Shown: one piece after another, positions 47,901 to 56,574 of the stretch
How positions within the stretch are numbered: position 1 is the first letter of the stretch
Layout of the letters: each line of letters opens with the position of its first letter
From: an uncultured bacterium
Lineage (GTDB): Bacteria; Acidobacteriota; Thermoanaerobaculia; Multivoradales; JAHZIX01
Length of the DNA: 64,000 nucleotides
Assembly: GCA_965368975.1 (NCBI GenBank)
Contig: CBDUPA010000009.1
Span: 96,001 to 160,000, forward strand
Direction of reading: 5' to 3'
Translations under genes and position numbers: made by a program
The notes under the pieces: model-generated
The model's database searches: none
Told to the model about the DNA's origin: nothing
What the model saw: only the letters and a program-made list of their open reading frames with translations

Positions 47901-48560
47901 CCGCAAACTGCTGTGCGCCAGCGCTTCCGGCGAGACGAGAACCACGCCGACACTCGCGTCGGCAGGCACCTCGGGCCAGGGCTCGTCCTCCGACGGAATC
48001 CCCACCTCGACGCGCGCCAGCCCCTTGGGATCGACTTCGCGCAGACACGCTTGCAGATCTGCCGCCAACGCTTCGGCCCACTCCCGATCCACCGGTGCGG
48101 CGCTGAGCCACCAGACGGGCGGGTCGTTGCGGAAGAAGGCGCCGAAGAAGAGTTCGACGAGATACGGATGCCTACGGGCGCGTTCTTCGAGTTCGGTGCG
48201 ACCGAGGAACTCGGTCTCCAGGTCTCCGGCTTCCTTTTTGACGCGAGTCTCGAGATTCTTCGACAACGCACACGTCGCCAGCAAAGACCAAGCCTTCGGT
48301 TTCGGCTCTGGCGGATCGGCCAGAACCTTCCGGATCTCCTTCAGCGCCTCCGCCGGCCCCAATTCCTTCACCCGCTTGCACTGCGTCACCACCCGCCGAC
48401 CCTTCGGATCGACGCTGATCAGGTCGCAACCTTTGTCGTTGCCGGCATCGCCCAAGTGGCGCAGCTGCGTATGACCTTCAGCCCCCAGCAACGCGAAGCA
48501 GAAGCGCTCGAAAGCCTTGGCGCTGAGGGAGTGGAACTGCAGCTCGGTCGAAGCACGCAT
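44832..48560 (-). CDS. Mrr-like restriction endonuclease + degenerate TIR-like + NACHT + FGE-sulfatase/CLec protein (DGR target 2)
   Basis: FERFC...DKGCD...TQCKR (Mrr-type D...QxK); LSAAPVDREWAEALA...VVLVSPE (TIR-like); GDPGSGKTT; LLDGLDEV; FWHRTFKE; NAWGLYDVHGNVWEW. Confidence 0.88.
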   Translation of the reverse strand: MRASTELQFHSLSAKAFERFCFALLGAEGHTQLRHLGDAGNDKGCDLISVDPKGRRVVTQCKRVKELGPAEALKEIRKVLADPPEPKPKAWSLLATCALSKNLETRVKKEAGDLETEFLGRTELEERARRHPYLVELFFGAFFRNDPPVWWLSAAPVDREWAEALAADLQACLREVDPKGLARVEVGIPSEDEPWPEVPADASVGVVLVSPEALAHSSLRRLWKDTLCHSSDRKLLAVDLAPTPWPSWLRQRFERIASASTEEQAGVDAYRIDLSKIISKYIGCTEKDLPATVGDPGAARRLPPSLRRQVVDALAPFFVEKIAYRGLAAALGLDSRKALDDFQAAEERAAAALVLATGDDDPAAGAQRVLDVVQEEVEPSDAGIAKFHALREGLQQHQAAIPKEHQHDLLSAWLHYVESTHQRLVPAFQRDQELVLLDRVYVELQLTAAEQGQLARRRPSGRTGDADSPESGGFGEAEPLRPYQSLEDLLDLDPARHPWVTRRWIVRGDPGSGKTTLLRHLAAKLAKNAERRWIPLFQSLPVLLRDGKSLLDRVETQMARQGFGEGTGRVLDHAGEEGRLLVLLDGLDEVSAEIRPEAEQQVRRLADRWPTTPIVVTTRPIGYRRFDGSFKELQLQPLDRERRLQFLARWFGRNEKKEDHARARDALRELDGPGFEELTGNPLYLTLMALLLEDGVKPSRNRSKLYDQVFDLLIEGKHKLGSGDKSFDKIQRPELVRQTLRLLAESMTCDNCDAERFGQLQERMYRDDLAAVREELRKVHRWDGKVDLFLEDVAEKVGILGPHDGHDADWRFWHRTFKEALTAERMAEWDSKTLLQHAREVQGQESRWAEPFALVCGGVEDADALLEELMKANRDLALRALPTAQNVSDETVREVLELTDKWEERSKVYEQLPELIGDPERCLRLIDRLRQGVRNGNDLYFLDHAAWQVGQASEGLRERAESLRRRIYDDLPKVEDPELLRRWQRPDGEEKDLWCRIPAGVGWVGSRDDEVDDDQRKRETPRHQVELQADCWLSAVPVTNAVYAAFDPGKNSHRWKGIDPEELATHPQVVVTWYEAVSFCRWLACQPGFEGAAPSLPEEEVWEYACRAGSEARYWNGEDEERLAEVGWYGEGIEGTTHPVGGKPGNAWGLYDVHGNVWEWTASEFDAERYKGRTSEAPHPVEPAAHPADLATSPRVGRVVRGGSCWDSAQRCRSACRDGWHPWVVFRSLGFRVLLSSAPSRP

Positions 48561-48599
48561 CGAGAGACCTCCAAAAACGTCGAAAAGACGTCGGAGATC

Positions 48600-50258
48600 T
48601 TACCCCGTGCGCATGAAGTGCCAGCGCAGATCCCCTTCGAAGCGCTGGTAGACCTCCGGCTGGATCCGCTGCTGGAACTCCCGCAGCACCGACGACAGGT
48701 GCGCGCCGCGGGCGACGGCCTCGATGGCGTCGGCGGCGTCGGCTCCGGCGCGGCTGATGTAGGTCTGCCACACAGCTTGCCGCACCGATCCCGTGGACAG
48801 CGAGATGTTCGGCATCTTCGCCACGCCGCGCTTCAGGATCGAGAGCTTGTGCTTGAGGCTCTTCTCGTCGTCCATGGCTTCGCGCTGCCAGGGGGTGAAC
48901 GGCTTGGGCACCAGCACGCTCGCGCCGAGCTGGATGTGACCGATGATGCCGGTCTCGCGGGCCAGCTCTTCGAGCATGATGCTGCGAGCTTCGGCGGCGA
49001 GTTCAAGGATGCCCTGGATGTCGTCGAGCGTTTCGTCCGGCAGGCCGACGATGAAGTAGAGCTTGAGCTGGGTCATGCCGCTACGGAAGATGAGGCGGAT
49101 CTTGTTCAACAGGACGGAGTTGGGGATCGGCTTGCCCATCTTGCGGCGCAGCTCGTCGGTGCCGGTTTCGGGCGCCAGGGTGATCGAGCGATCGCCGCTG
49201 CGGTAGAGGGCGTCGAGCACGGACTCGTTGACGGCGGGGATGCGGATCGACGAGACGGAAGCGCGGAAGCCGAGGTCGACGGCTTGCTGCAGGATCTTCG
49301 CCACTTCCGGGTGGTCACCGACGGCGGTGGCGACGAAGCCGACCTGGTCGGTGAAGTCGCGGGCGCGTTCCATGGCGTCGAGGATGTAGCCAGTGGGGTG
49401 CCAGCGGAATTTCCCCATGCCGAAGGTGGCCCAGCAGTAGCGGCACTTCTCCGGGCAGCCGCGCGACATCTCGATCAGGAACTTGTTGGCGAACTCGGTG
49501 TGCGGGGTGAGGATGCTGCTGGTGGGCAGGTGGCCAGGGAGTTGCATTTGCTCGGAGGTAATTTCGAGCTTGCGCAGTTTGTCGAGGCCGTCGAGTTCGT
49601 GGATGTGGTGGTGCGCCGGCACGAAGAAGCCGGGCTTGGACGCAAGCTGCTCCAGGACGGCTTCGCGCGCGTGCTTGTTGCCGTCGGCGTCTTCCAGGCT
49701 AGCGAGGAGCGGGGTAACCAGGTTCTCACCGGAACCGAGCGCGAAGACGTCGACGAACTCGGCCATCGCCAGGGGGTTGATCGAGGCGCAGGAGCCGCCC
49801 ATGACGATCAAGGGATCCCACGGACCGCGGTCGCGACGGCGGGCGGGGATGCCGGCGCGGTCGAGCATGCGGACGAGGTGCACGTAGTCTTCCTCGAAGG
49901 AGACCGAGAAGGCGATACAGCCGAACTCGCTGAGCGGCGTGTCGGCCTCGACGGACAGCGGCATTTCCACCGGAGCGTGTGCGCGGCCGCCGTTGGCCGT
50001 GATGCCGTCGAGAAAGAAGCGCTGACACGACCAGTTCGGACGCGCGTGCACCAGCTCGTAGATGCGCTGGAACGCCAGGCTCGACATGCCGACGTGGTAG
50101 CTGTTGCCGTAGGCGAGCGCTAGCCGGTGGTCACCGTGGTGGTTGAAGTCGCGCAGGGTGCGCTCGTCAGCGCGGTGCTGGCCCCAGTCGTGGCGTTGAG
50201 AACTCTTGGCCGCTGTGCCGCGACGGCCACGACCGCGCGCGGTGGATCGCTTCGCCAT
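48600..50258 (-). CDS. Radical SAM protein with B12-binding-like N-terminal region
   Basis: YGNSYHVGMSSL, FSVSFE, EMSRGCPEKCRYC, TLAPETG, KLYFIVGLP, PKPFTP. Confidence 0.85.
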   Translation of the reverse strand: MAKRSTARGRGRRGTAAKSSQRHDWGQHRADERTLRDFNHHGDHRLALAYGNSYHVGMSSLAFQRIYELVHARPNWSCQRFFLDGITANGGRAHAPVEMPLSVEADTPLSEFGCIAFSVSFEEDYVHLVRMLDRAGIPARRRDRGPWDPLIVMGGSCASINPLAMAEFVDVFALGSGENLVTPLLASLEDADGNKHAREAVLEQLASKPGFFVPAHHHIHELDGLDKLRKLEITSEQMQLPGHLPTSSILTPHTEFANKFLIEMSRGCPEKCRYCWATFGMGKFRWHPTGYILDAMERARDFTDQVGFVATAVGDHPEVAKILQQAVDLGFRASVSSIRIPAVNESVLDALYRSGDRSITLAPETGTDELRRKMGKPIPNSVLLNKIRLIFRSGMTQLKLYFIVGLPDETLDDIQGILELAAEARSIMLEELARETGIIGHIQLGASVLVPKPFTPWQREAMDDEKSLKHKLSILKRGVAKMPNISLSTGSVRQAVWQTYISRAGADAADAIEAVARGAHLSSVLREFQQRIQPEVYQRFEGDLRWHFMRTG

Positions 50259-50263
50259 CTTGG

Positions 50264-51778
50264 TCAGGGACCGGTCCAGGTGACGGCTGGCGGTGCGGGC
50301 TGATCGTCGTCGACGCGCACGCGCAGGCTCCACGGCGTCTCGGTCACGCGGCCCAGGCGATCCTCGGCTTCGATTTCGAGCACCAGGTCTCGGCTCGTCG
50401 CCGGGGGTGACACCTCTGGCGGTGCCAGAGTGCCGCGACGCCAGGTGCGCCAGGCGTCGCTCCCCTCGGCACCTGCCTGGCGCCAGCGGTAGCGCACGGC
50501 CTGGACACCCGAAACATCGTCGTGCATCAGCAAGCGGAGGCTGGCGCCCGGGGCCAGCTCGGCGACGCCGTCCGGCGTGACCCGGCCCGCGCCTTCGATG
50601 GCAACGGCGACGGTGGGCGGATCGAGGTCGATGCGCTCTTGAGTGATGGTCAGGGGCCAGGGTCGGCTGGGGTAGCCGTCGAGGCCGCTGTCGCTGACCG
50701 CGGTGACGCGCCAGTAGAGGTCGCCGACCGGCAGGGCTTCCTCGGGCAGCCAGCTGAGATCGCCGAGTCCATCCTGACGGCGCAGGAGCTGTGAGCAATC
50801 GCCGTTGGCGCAGATCTCGACGCTGTAGCTCGCCGCCTCGGCGACGGCCTTCCAGCGGAAGCGCGGGTTGGCGAAGTCCCAGGAGGAGCGTCGTGCGGGC
50901 GTTTCGGCGGTGGGCGCGGCCAGCAGCCGCTCGGGCGGCGCGGGCGGGCCGTCTTCCGGGACCGACGTTCCCATGCCGCGGGGCACCGCCACCGACTCGC
51001 CGGCCGCCGCCACGTCACTGATGCCGCGGTAGACCATGACCTGGGCGCCGCCACCCTCGGGACGGCGCGCGCGTGTCCGAGCCAGGCCGCTGGCGTCCGG
51101 GCGCGGTCGTGCCAGGGCGTCGCCGATGACGATCTCGATCTCCTTCGACCCCGCGCGCTCCGGCCGAGACTGCACTTCCGCCTGGCCGCGGCGGATCTCG
51201 ATCGAGTCGCGACTAACGCCTTCGAGGCTGGCGTCGATACGCTTGAGGTAGATCTGCGAGTCCTCGCCCACGAGCAGGCGGGAACGGTCGTCGAAGGTCA
51301 GTTCGGCGGAGCTGCGCGTGTAGGTGCGGACGCCGTCACGCTCCTTCAGCTGGTCGCCAATCACGGCACGCTGCGTTTCGAAGGTCGGGTGCAACTGCTT
51401 CTCGACCCGGCGGCTGACGTCGGTGAGCTCGGCGCGCCGGGGCTCGGGGGGCCGGAAGGTGATGACGCGTAGCCGCTGGCCGATGCGCAGCAGGTTCGGG
51501 TTGTTGATCTGGGGATTGAGGCGCAGGTTCTCACGCCACAGGCGCGAGGTGCCGAGGTGGCGGAAGGTGATGGCTTCCAGGGTGTCTCCGGAAACGACGC
51601 TGTACCAGTCCACTTTGTCGCCGGTGCGCGGCAGCGGCGGTAGCTGGTAAGGGTCTTGCGCACGGCTCGGGGTGGTGACCAGCAGGCTGGTGCCGAGAAG
51701 GAGAGCGCTGGCCAGCAGCCAACCGGTCCGACGCGAGTTCGAGGCGGGCAGATTCACCGTAGAGGGGGCCGAGATCAT
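50264..51778 (-). CDS. Exported LysM + FecR-domain + Ig/FN3-like protein
   Basis: Signal peptide; LysM YSVVSGDTL...LNPQINNPNLLRIGQRL; FecR GDQLKERDGVRT...AELTFDD.S.L.VGEDS. Confidence 0.8.
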   Translation of the reverse strand: MISAPSTVNLPASNSRRTGWLLASALLLGTSLLVTTPSRAQDPYQLPPLPRTGDKVDWYSVVSGDTLEAITFRHLGTSRLWRENLRLNPQINNPNLLRIGQRLRVITFRPPEPRRAELTDVSRRVEKQLHPTFETQRAVIGDQLKERDGVRTYTRSSAELTFDDRSRLLVGEDSQIYLKRIDASLEGVSRDSIEIRRGQAEVQSRPERAGSKEIEIVIGDALARPRPDASGLARTRARRPEGGGAQVMVYRGISDVAAAGESVAVPRGMGTSVPEDGPPAPPERLLAAPTAETPARRSSWDFANPRFRWKAVAEAASYSVEICANGDCSQLLRRQDGLGDLSWLPEEALPVGDLYWRVTAVSDSGLDGYPSRPWPLTITQERIDLDPPTVAVAIEGAGRVTPDGVAELAPGASLRLLMHDDVSGVQAVRYRWRQAGAEGSDAWRTWRRGTLAPPEVSPPATSRDLVLEIEAEDRLGRVTETPWSLRVRVDDDQPAPPAVTWTGP

Positions 51779-53244
51779 GGCTGGTCTCCTGCGGACGGAC
51801 GGACACGGATTTCCCAGGTCGCCTCGGAGCGATGTCCCAGGCGGTCGATGGCGCGTGCCACCAGGCGATTGCGGCCGGCGTCCGGGAAGCGCACATCGCG
51901 CGGCGCCACCGTCCAGTGGATGCCGTCGACGGCGACCTCCTGGATCTCGACCCCGGCACCGTCATCCATGGCCTCAATGTGCACGGACTCACCTTCGAGC
52001 AGCTGCAGCGTCTCGCCGGGAGGGACGTGGCTGCCGTCCGGGGCACGCAGGACGAAGCGGGGTCCCTCTCGATCGACCCTCCACGTAGCCTCTACCTGCG
52101 TCACATTGCCGACACGGTCGACGGCTCGCAGGCCTAGGGATGCTGCGTCGACCACGAGCTTGGCGGCGTCGAGGCCGCGCGGCTCGGCGCTGACGATCTG
52201 CTCGCCGCTCCAATCGAGTTCGGCGACGCCAGCCACGTCATCTTGGCTCGTCAGCTCCACCGTCACGGGGGGACGGTAGACCCATTCGCCGTCACGTTCG
52301 ACGCCCATGCTGGTCAGGCGCCAGTTGACGCTGGGACCTTCGGCATCGACGACGAAGTCGAGCGGTGCGAGGTCGGCCTGGTTGCCAACCCGGTCGAGCG
52401 CGGCAACTTCTGCGCGGTAGCGACCCGCTGGCCAGTCCTGGCGTCGCCAGTCGTCGAGGCTCACGTCTTCGCCGTTGATGCGCGGCGTCCAGCGGTCGAG
52501 CCCGGTTTCCGGATCGGAGACGCGGGCTTGGAGCTGCACGGAGGGTGGCGCGACCAGGGTTGGGACGCCGTCGACGGCGGTCTCGAGCCAGGCGTCACCC
52601 TGCAGCTGGATATCGCCACGCGGGGGCTCTGCATCGACCAACAGGCGGACGGTCGCGTCGTCGGTGCGATTCCCAACGGTATCGACCGCCCAGGTGGTGA
52701 TCTCGACGCTGCCCGTGTTCGGCAACAGCGCTTCCGCCAGCGCGCCGGCGGAGGCGATTTCGCGTGTACCCTCGCGGTCGATCTGCAGCACCACCTCGGC
52801 AACGCCGGCCGGAGCGTCTTCGGCTCGGCTGGCCGCACGGGCCCCGGGAGGCACCCACAAGCGCTGGATCGTGTCCTTGACCGGCTGCGGTGTCACCTCG
52901 AAGCTCAGTTGCGGCGCGTCACCGTCGACCCACAGCAAGAGAAACCGGGGCTCGGAGAGATTGCCGGCTTGATCCCGGGACACGACAGTCAACCAGTGGC
53001 GGCCCGCATCCGGCGCCGTCACTTCGGTGACTGGCTGCAGGAGGCCGCCGTCGAGGGCCGCCTCGTAGCGCACGCCCGCTTCGGGTGCGGCGAGGTCGAG
53101 TCGACCTCCCGGAGGAACGATCAACGGGGCAGCGGCAGGGCCGTCAGCCGGCCGTGCCGCCGAAGGGGTCGGTGCTGCGGTCAGAACCGCCAGCAGCAGC
53201 GCCGTCGTCCACGAACGGACAGTAGACACTTTGGCTCTTCTCAT
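51775..53244 (-). CDS. Exported protein with tandem Ig-like repeats
   Basis: Signal peptide; repeated D..GN...VD..(G/P)P modules. The annotated start overlaps the kinase 3' end by 101 bp. Confidence 0.7.
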   Translation of the reverse strand: MRRAKVSTVRSWTTALLLAVLTAAPTPSAARPADGPAAAPLIVPPGGRLDLAAPEAGVRYEAALDGGLLQPVTEVTAPDAGRHWLTVVSRDQAGNLSEPRFLLLWVDGDAPQLSFEVTPQPVKDTIQRLWVPPGARAASRAEDAPAGVAEVVLQIDREGTREIASAGALAEALLPNTGSVEITTWAVDTVGNRTDDATVRLLVDAEPPRGDIQLQGDAWLETAVDGVPTLVAPPSVQLQARVSDPETGLDRWTPRINGEDVSLDDWRRQDWPAGRYRAEVAALDRVGNQADLAPLDFVVDAEGPSVNWRLTSMGVERDGEWVYRPPVTVELTSQDDVAGVAELDWSGEQIVSAEPRGLDAAKLVVDAASLGLRAVDRVGNVTQVEATWRVDREGPRFVLRAPDGSHVPPGETLQLLEGESVHIEAMDDGAGVEIQEVAVDGIHWTVAPRDVRFPDAGRNRLVARAIDRLGHRSEATWEIRVRPSAGDQP

Positions 53245-55090
53245 AGTTCACCTGCTTTGACTTCATCCGGCGAAGGCGCTCCACACTCCAGGGCTCGGCG
53301 CTGAGCGCTTCCAGCCGGGGAATCAGATCTTGCGCCCGTCCCAAGCGCCGGGAGGGTTGCTTCTCGAGCAATCCGTCGATCAGCTCTGCCAGTGCGTTGG
53401 GAACGTCTGGGCGCTGTGCCTGGATCGGCGTCACGTCCTGCCGCACCGTGTTCATCAACATTTCACGCATGTGGGCGCCGCGGTACAGGCGCTGTCCTGT
53501 GAGGCATTCGTAGAGGATGACACCAAGAGAGAACCAATCGCCGGGCTCGGCATAGCCGCGGCCGGTAATCGCTTCTGGGGGTAGATAACCTGGGGTACCG
53601 AAGATCCTGCCGGATTCCGGCGCCAGCTCCGAGGCGAAGCGGGCGATACCGAAGTCGACGACTTTGATGGTGCCGTCCCAACCGAGCAAGATATTCCCGG
53701 GTTTGACGTCATGGTGCACGATACCTTGGGCATGTGCTGCCTGCAAGCCGCTGGCCATGGCGACGGCCAGCGGCAGAAGTTCCTGCACCTCCAGTGGCCC
53801 GCGGAGCTTCTGGTAGGCCTCGAGGGTGAGGCCGTCGACCAGCTCCATGGCGATGAAGCCGGCGGAACGCTCTTGCTGTACGTCGAAGACCGCGACCACA
53901 TTCGGGTGATTGATGCGTGCGATGGTCACGGCCTCGCCGAGCAGAGCGGCAACCTTCTCGCCGCGCTCGCTCTCGTCCAGCGTCTTGCTGACCCGCACGG
54001 TTTTCAGGGCTACCGGCCGCTGCAGCACCGGATCCCAGGCTCGGAAGACGGTTCCCATACCCCCTTCGCCCAGAACGTCGATCACCTGGTAGCGGCCCAA
54101 GAAGACCTTGTCGAGCTGCTCCCGATCGTTGAGATGGCGCTCCAGGATCTCCAGCGACGCCCGCAACTGGTCGATCTCGTCACCGCCGCCTGTGGCCTCG
54201 AAGCCGATCAGGCGCTGCTGGTCGCTGAGCAGGCGGCGGATGGGACGCACGACGGTGGCGTAGGCCGCGGTGGTGGTGACAGCGATCAGCAGCAGCGCAC
54301 CGACGATGGCCAGCAAGGACAGGCGATCCATGCGCCGTGCCTGCGCCTCGGCGACCTCGACCCGTTGCTGCGAGACGACGATCCACGACGTGCCCGGAAT
54401 GGGGAAGTAGGCCCCCAGCACCCGGCGATCGCCATCGCCGAAGACACCGCTACCGATCTGGCCGCTGGTGAGAGCGCGCTGGAAGAGTTCGGTCGGCAGC
54501 TGTTCGGTCGAGGTGATCGTGCCGGTGACCAGTGCGCCATCGGTGTCCAAGATCGCTTGGTCGACCGCGTTGCCGATTTCTTGTGGGTTGAGGACGTCCG
54601 CGAGATCGCCGGCGAAGGAGACGAGCACGACGTCGCCCTGACCGTCAGGCAGAGCGCTCCGGCTGCGTAGCCAGGCCGTGGTTTCGGTTTCCAGATAGGT
54701 TGCAGGAGCCTGCAGCACCTGGTCGATGGCAGCAACATGTTCGCGGCGCTGGGCGCGCAGAAGTTCCGTGCCGTCGGCCCCATGCAGGACGATGGCGACC
54801 AACTCCGGTTCCGCTTGCAGCATTCCAGCCAGCAAACCGGAGGTTTCGGCCGAGCCGGGAGCCGTCGACACCGCAGGATGATTGGCCAGCGTTCGGGCCA
54901 ACAGCGTGCGTCGCCTCAGCAGCTCAGAAACGCGCTCAGCGCGCGTACGTGCCGCCAGGATCTGGGCTGCCAGGACGTTGTCGCGCAGGGTCTGGTGGAC
55001 CTGGGCGCGGTCGGTCAACACCACGGCGAGCGGCACAACGCCGACCAGCAGCAGGGCCAAGATGACGCGGGTGATCAGAGGCAGGCGCAC
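53144..55090 (-). CDS. Membrane Ser/Thr protein kinase with extracytoplasmic Cache-like sensor
   Basis: Two TM segments; LGEGGMGTV, VALK, HHDVKPGN, DFG, GTPGYLPPE. Confidence 0.9.
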   Translation of the reverse strand: MRLPLITRVILALLLVGVVPLAVVLTDRAQVHQTLRDNVLAAQILAARTRAERVSELLRRRTLLARTLANHPAVSTAPGSAETSGLLAGMLQAEPELVAIVLHGADGTELLRAQRREHVAAIDQVLQAPATYLETETTAWLRSRSALPDGQGDVVLVSFAGDLADVLNPQEIGNAVDQAILDTDGALVTGTITSTEQLPTELFQRALTSGQIGSGVFGDGDRRVLGAYFPIPGTSWIVVSQQRVEVAEAQARRMDRLSLLAIVGALLLIAVTTTAAYATVVRPIRRLLSDQQRLIGFEATGGGDEIDQLRASLEILERHLNDREQLDKVFLGRYQVIDVLGEGGMGTVFRAWDPVLQRPVALKTVRVSKTLDESERGEKVAALLGEAVTIARINHPNVVAVFDVQQERSAGFIAMELVDGLTLEAYQKLRGPLEVQELLPLAVAMASGLQAAHAQGIVHHDVKPGNILLGWDGTIKVVDFGIARFASELAPESGRIFGTPGYLPPEAITGRGYAEPGDWFSLGVILYECLTGQRLYRGAHMREMLMNTVRQDVTPIQAQRPDVPNALAELIDGLLEKQPSRRLGRAQDLIPRLEALSAEPWSVERLRRMKSKQVNYEKSQSVYCPFVDDGAAAGGSDRSTDPFGGTAG

Positions 55091-55121
55091 AGCGAGCCGG
55101 TTCCGGGGGGGAGCGGAACGC

Positions 55122-55580
55122 TCAGTTCTTCATGCGCACGACGTTGCCAGCACTCGCCTGGCCAGCACTGGCACTGCCCACATCGGCGCCTGCGGTCGCT
55201 GGTGACGTACGAACGGACGCTGGCGCCGATCGCTCTCGGCGGCTCATGGCGCACCGCCCCTCGAACAGAGCCCCTTCCTCGATCACGAGAGCGGCGGTAT
55301 CCAGCTCGGCGTATACCTTGCCCTCAGGAGCGATCTGCACCTTCCGGCGAGCGCGCACGTGGCCTTGCACGAGACCGGAGATCAGAACCTGGTCGACCTC
55401 GATCTCGCCGTCGATCTGGCCGCGCTCACCGACCACCAAGGTTCCTTCCGAGGTGATCCGGCCGGTGAAGTGGCCGTCGATGCGGAAGGTGTTCTCAAAA
55501 CGAAGCTCACCCTGTATGTGACTTCCGGCATCCAGGAACCCATTGAGGTCACTGGTCACTGGTTCCGACTTGAATCGCAT
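55122..55580 (-). CDS. Bactofilin (polymer-forming cytoskeletal protein)
   Basis: GSHIQGEL...RIDGHFTG.I...LVVGE.G.I.GEI...LVIEEGALFEG.C.M beta-helix pattern. Confidence 0.9.
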   Translation of the reverse strand: MRFKSEPVTSDLNGFLDAGSHIQGELRFENTFRIDGHFTGRITSEGTLVVGERGQIDGEIEVDQVLISGLVQGHVRARRKVQIAPEGKVYAELDTAALVIEEGALFEGRCAMSRRERSAPASVRTSPATAGADVGSASAGQASAGNVVRMKN

Positions 55581-55651
55581 GGATTGACCTCTTCTCCAAC
55601 AAGCAGCAGTAGCATCCACTACCGTTAGTGCAGTTCCTCGCGGCGCTCCGC

Positions 55652-56563
55652 TCAGTCCCGTTCCATCAGTGCGTCGAACAGGCGCATCAACTCGTCTTCT
55701 GAATGAAAGTGTATGCGAACTTGCCCGCCCTTGCCGCGACGGCGAATCTCGACGCGCGTCTGGAGCTGGCGGGTGAGCCGGTCCGCGGCGGCCGAAGTGT
55801 GCACGTCTGGGGCCGCCGGCACTTTGGGGGCAGCCTTGGCCGGGTCGCTCGCCAAGCGCTCCATCTCGCGCGCCGACAAACCGTCACGAGCTGCCTGCTC
55901 GGCCAGCTCGACCTGCCGAGCCTCGGTGAGCGTCAGCAGAGGTCGCACCTGCCCGGGCGTCACCTGACCACCGCGCAGCAGATCGAGAACTTCCGGCTGT
56001 AAACGTAGCAGGCGCAAGGAGTTCGTGACCGTCGTGCGGGCCTTGCCAACCCGCTTAGCGATCTCTTCTTGCGACAGCTGGAAGGATTCCTGCAGCGAGC
56101 GATAGGCCTCGGCTTCTTCCACCGGGTTCAGGTCGGCGCGCTGCAGATTTTCGACCAGTGCTAGCTCCAGCAGCTCCCGATCACCGTCGACCTCGCGCAC
56201 CACGACCGGAACGGCGTCGAGGCCGGCGCGCTGTGCAGCACGCCAGCGCCGCTCGCCCGCGATGATCGCGTGCTTGCCGTTCTCGCGCGGCGTGACCACG
56301 ATCGGCTGGATCACCCCCTGGGCGCGGATCGAGTCCGCGAGCTCTTCGAGCCCCTGCTCGTTGAACTCCGTTCGCGGCTGGAACCGGTTGGGCTCCAGCA
56401 GGTTGACGGGAAGAGCGCGAACTCCGGCGGCTGGCTCGGAATTCGCTTCCGTCGCTGGCGCCGTCGCCCCGTTCTCCGTCTCCTCCGTGTCGACCATGCC
56501 TGCCGGCAGCGGGCCACCCAGGAGAGCATCGAGACCGCGGCCCAGGCCGCGCTTCTTACTCAT
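55652..56563 (-). CDS. parB: Chromosome partitioning protein ParB
   Basis: KRGLGRGL, NRFQPR, GERRWRA, ENLQR.DL, HTH. Confidence 0.95.
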   Translation of the reverse strand: MSKKRGLGRGLDALLGGPLPAGMVDTEETENGATAPATEANSEPAAGVRALPVNLLEPNRFQPRTEFNEQGLEELADSIRAQGVIQPIVVTPRENGKHAIIAGERRWRAAQRAGLDAVPVVVREVDGDRELLELALVENLQRADLNPVEEAEAYRSLQESFQLSQEEIAKRVGKARTTVTNSLRLLRLQPEVLDLLRGGQVTPGQVRPLLTLTEARQVELAEQAARDGLSAREMERLASDPAKAAPKVPAAPDVHTSAAADRLTRQLQTRVEIRRRGKGGQVRIHFHSEDELMRLFDALMERD

Positions 56564-56574
56564 CGCCCCGAAAC

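Noticed and set aside
24664-50123. Long opposite-strand ORFs (e.g. 28245..30260+, 31783..33525+, 47439..50123+)
   Set aside because: These are shadow ORFs of high-GC genes with no recognisable motifs.
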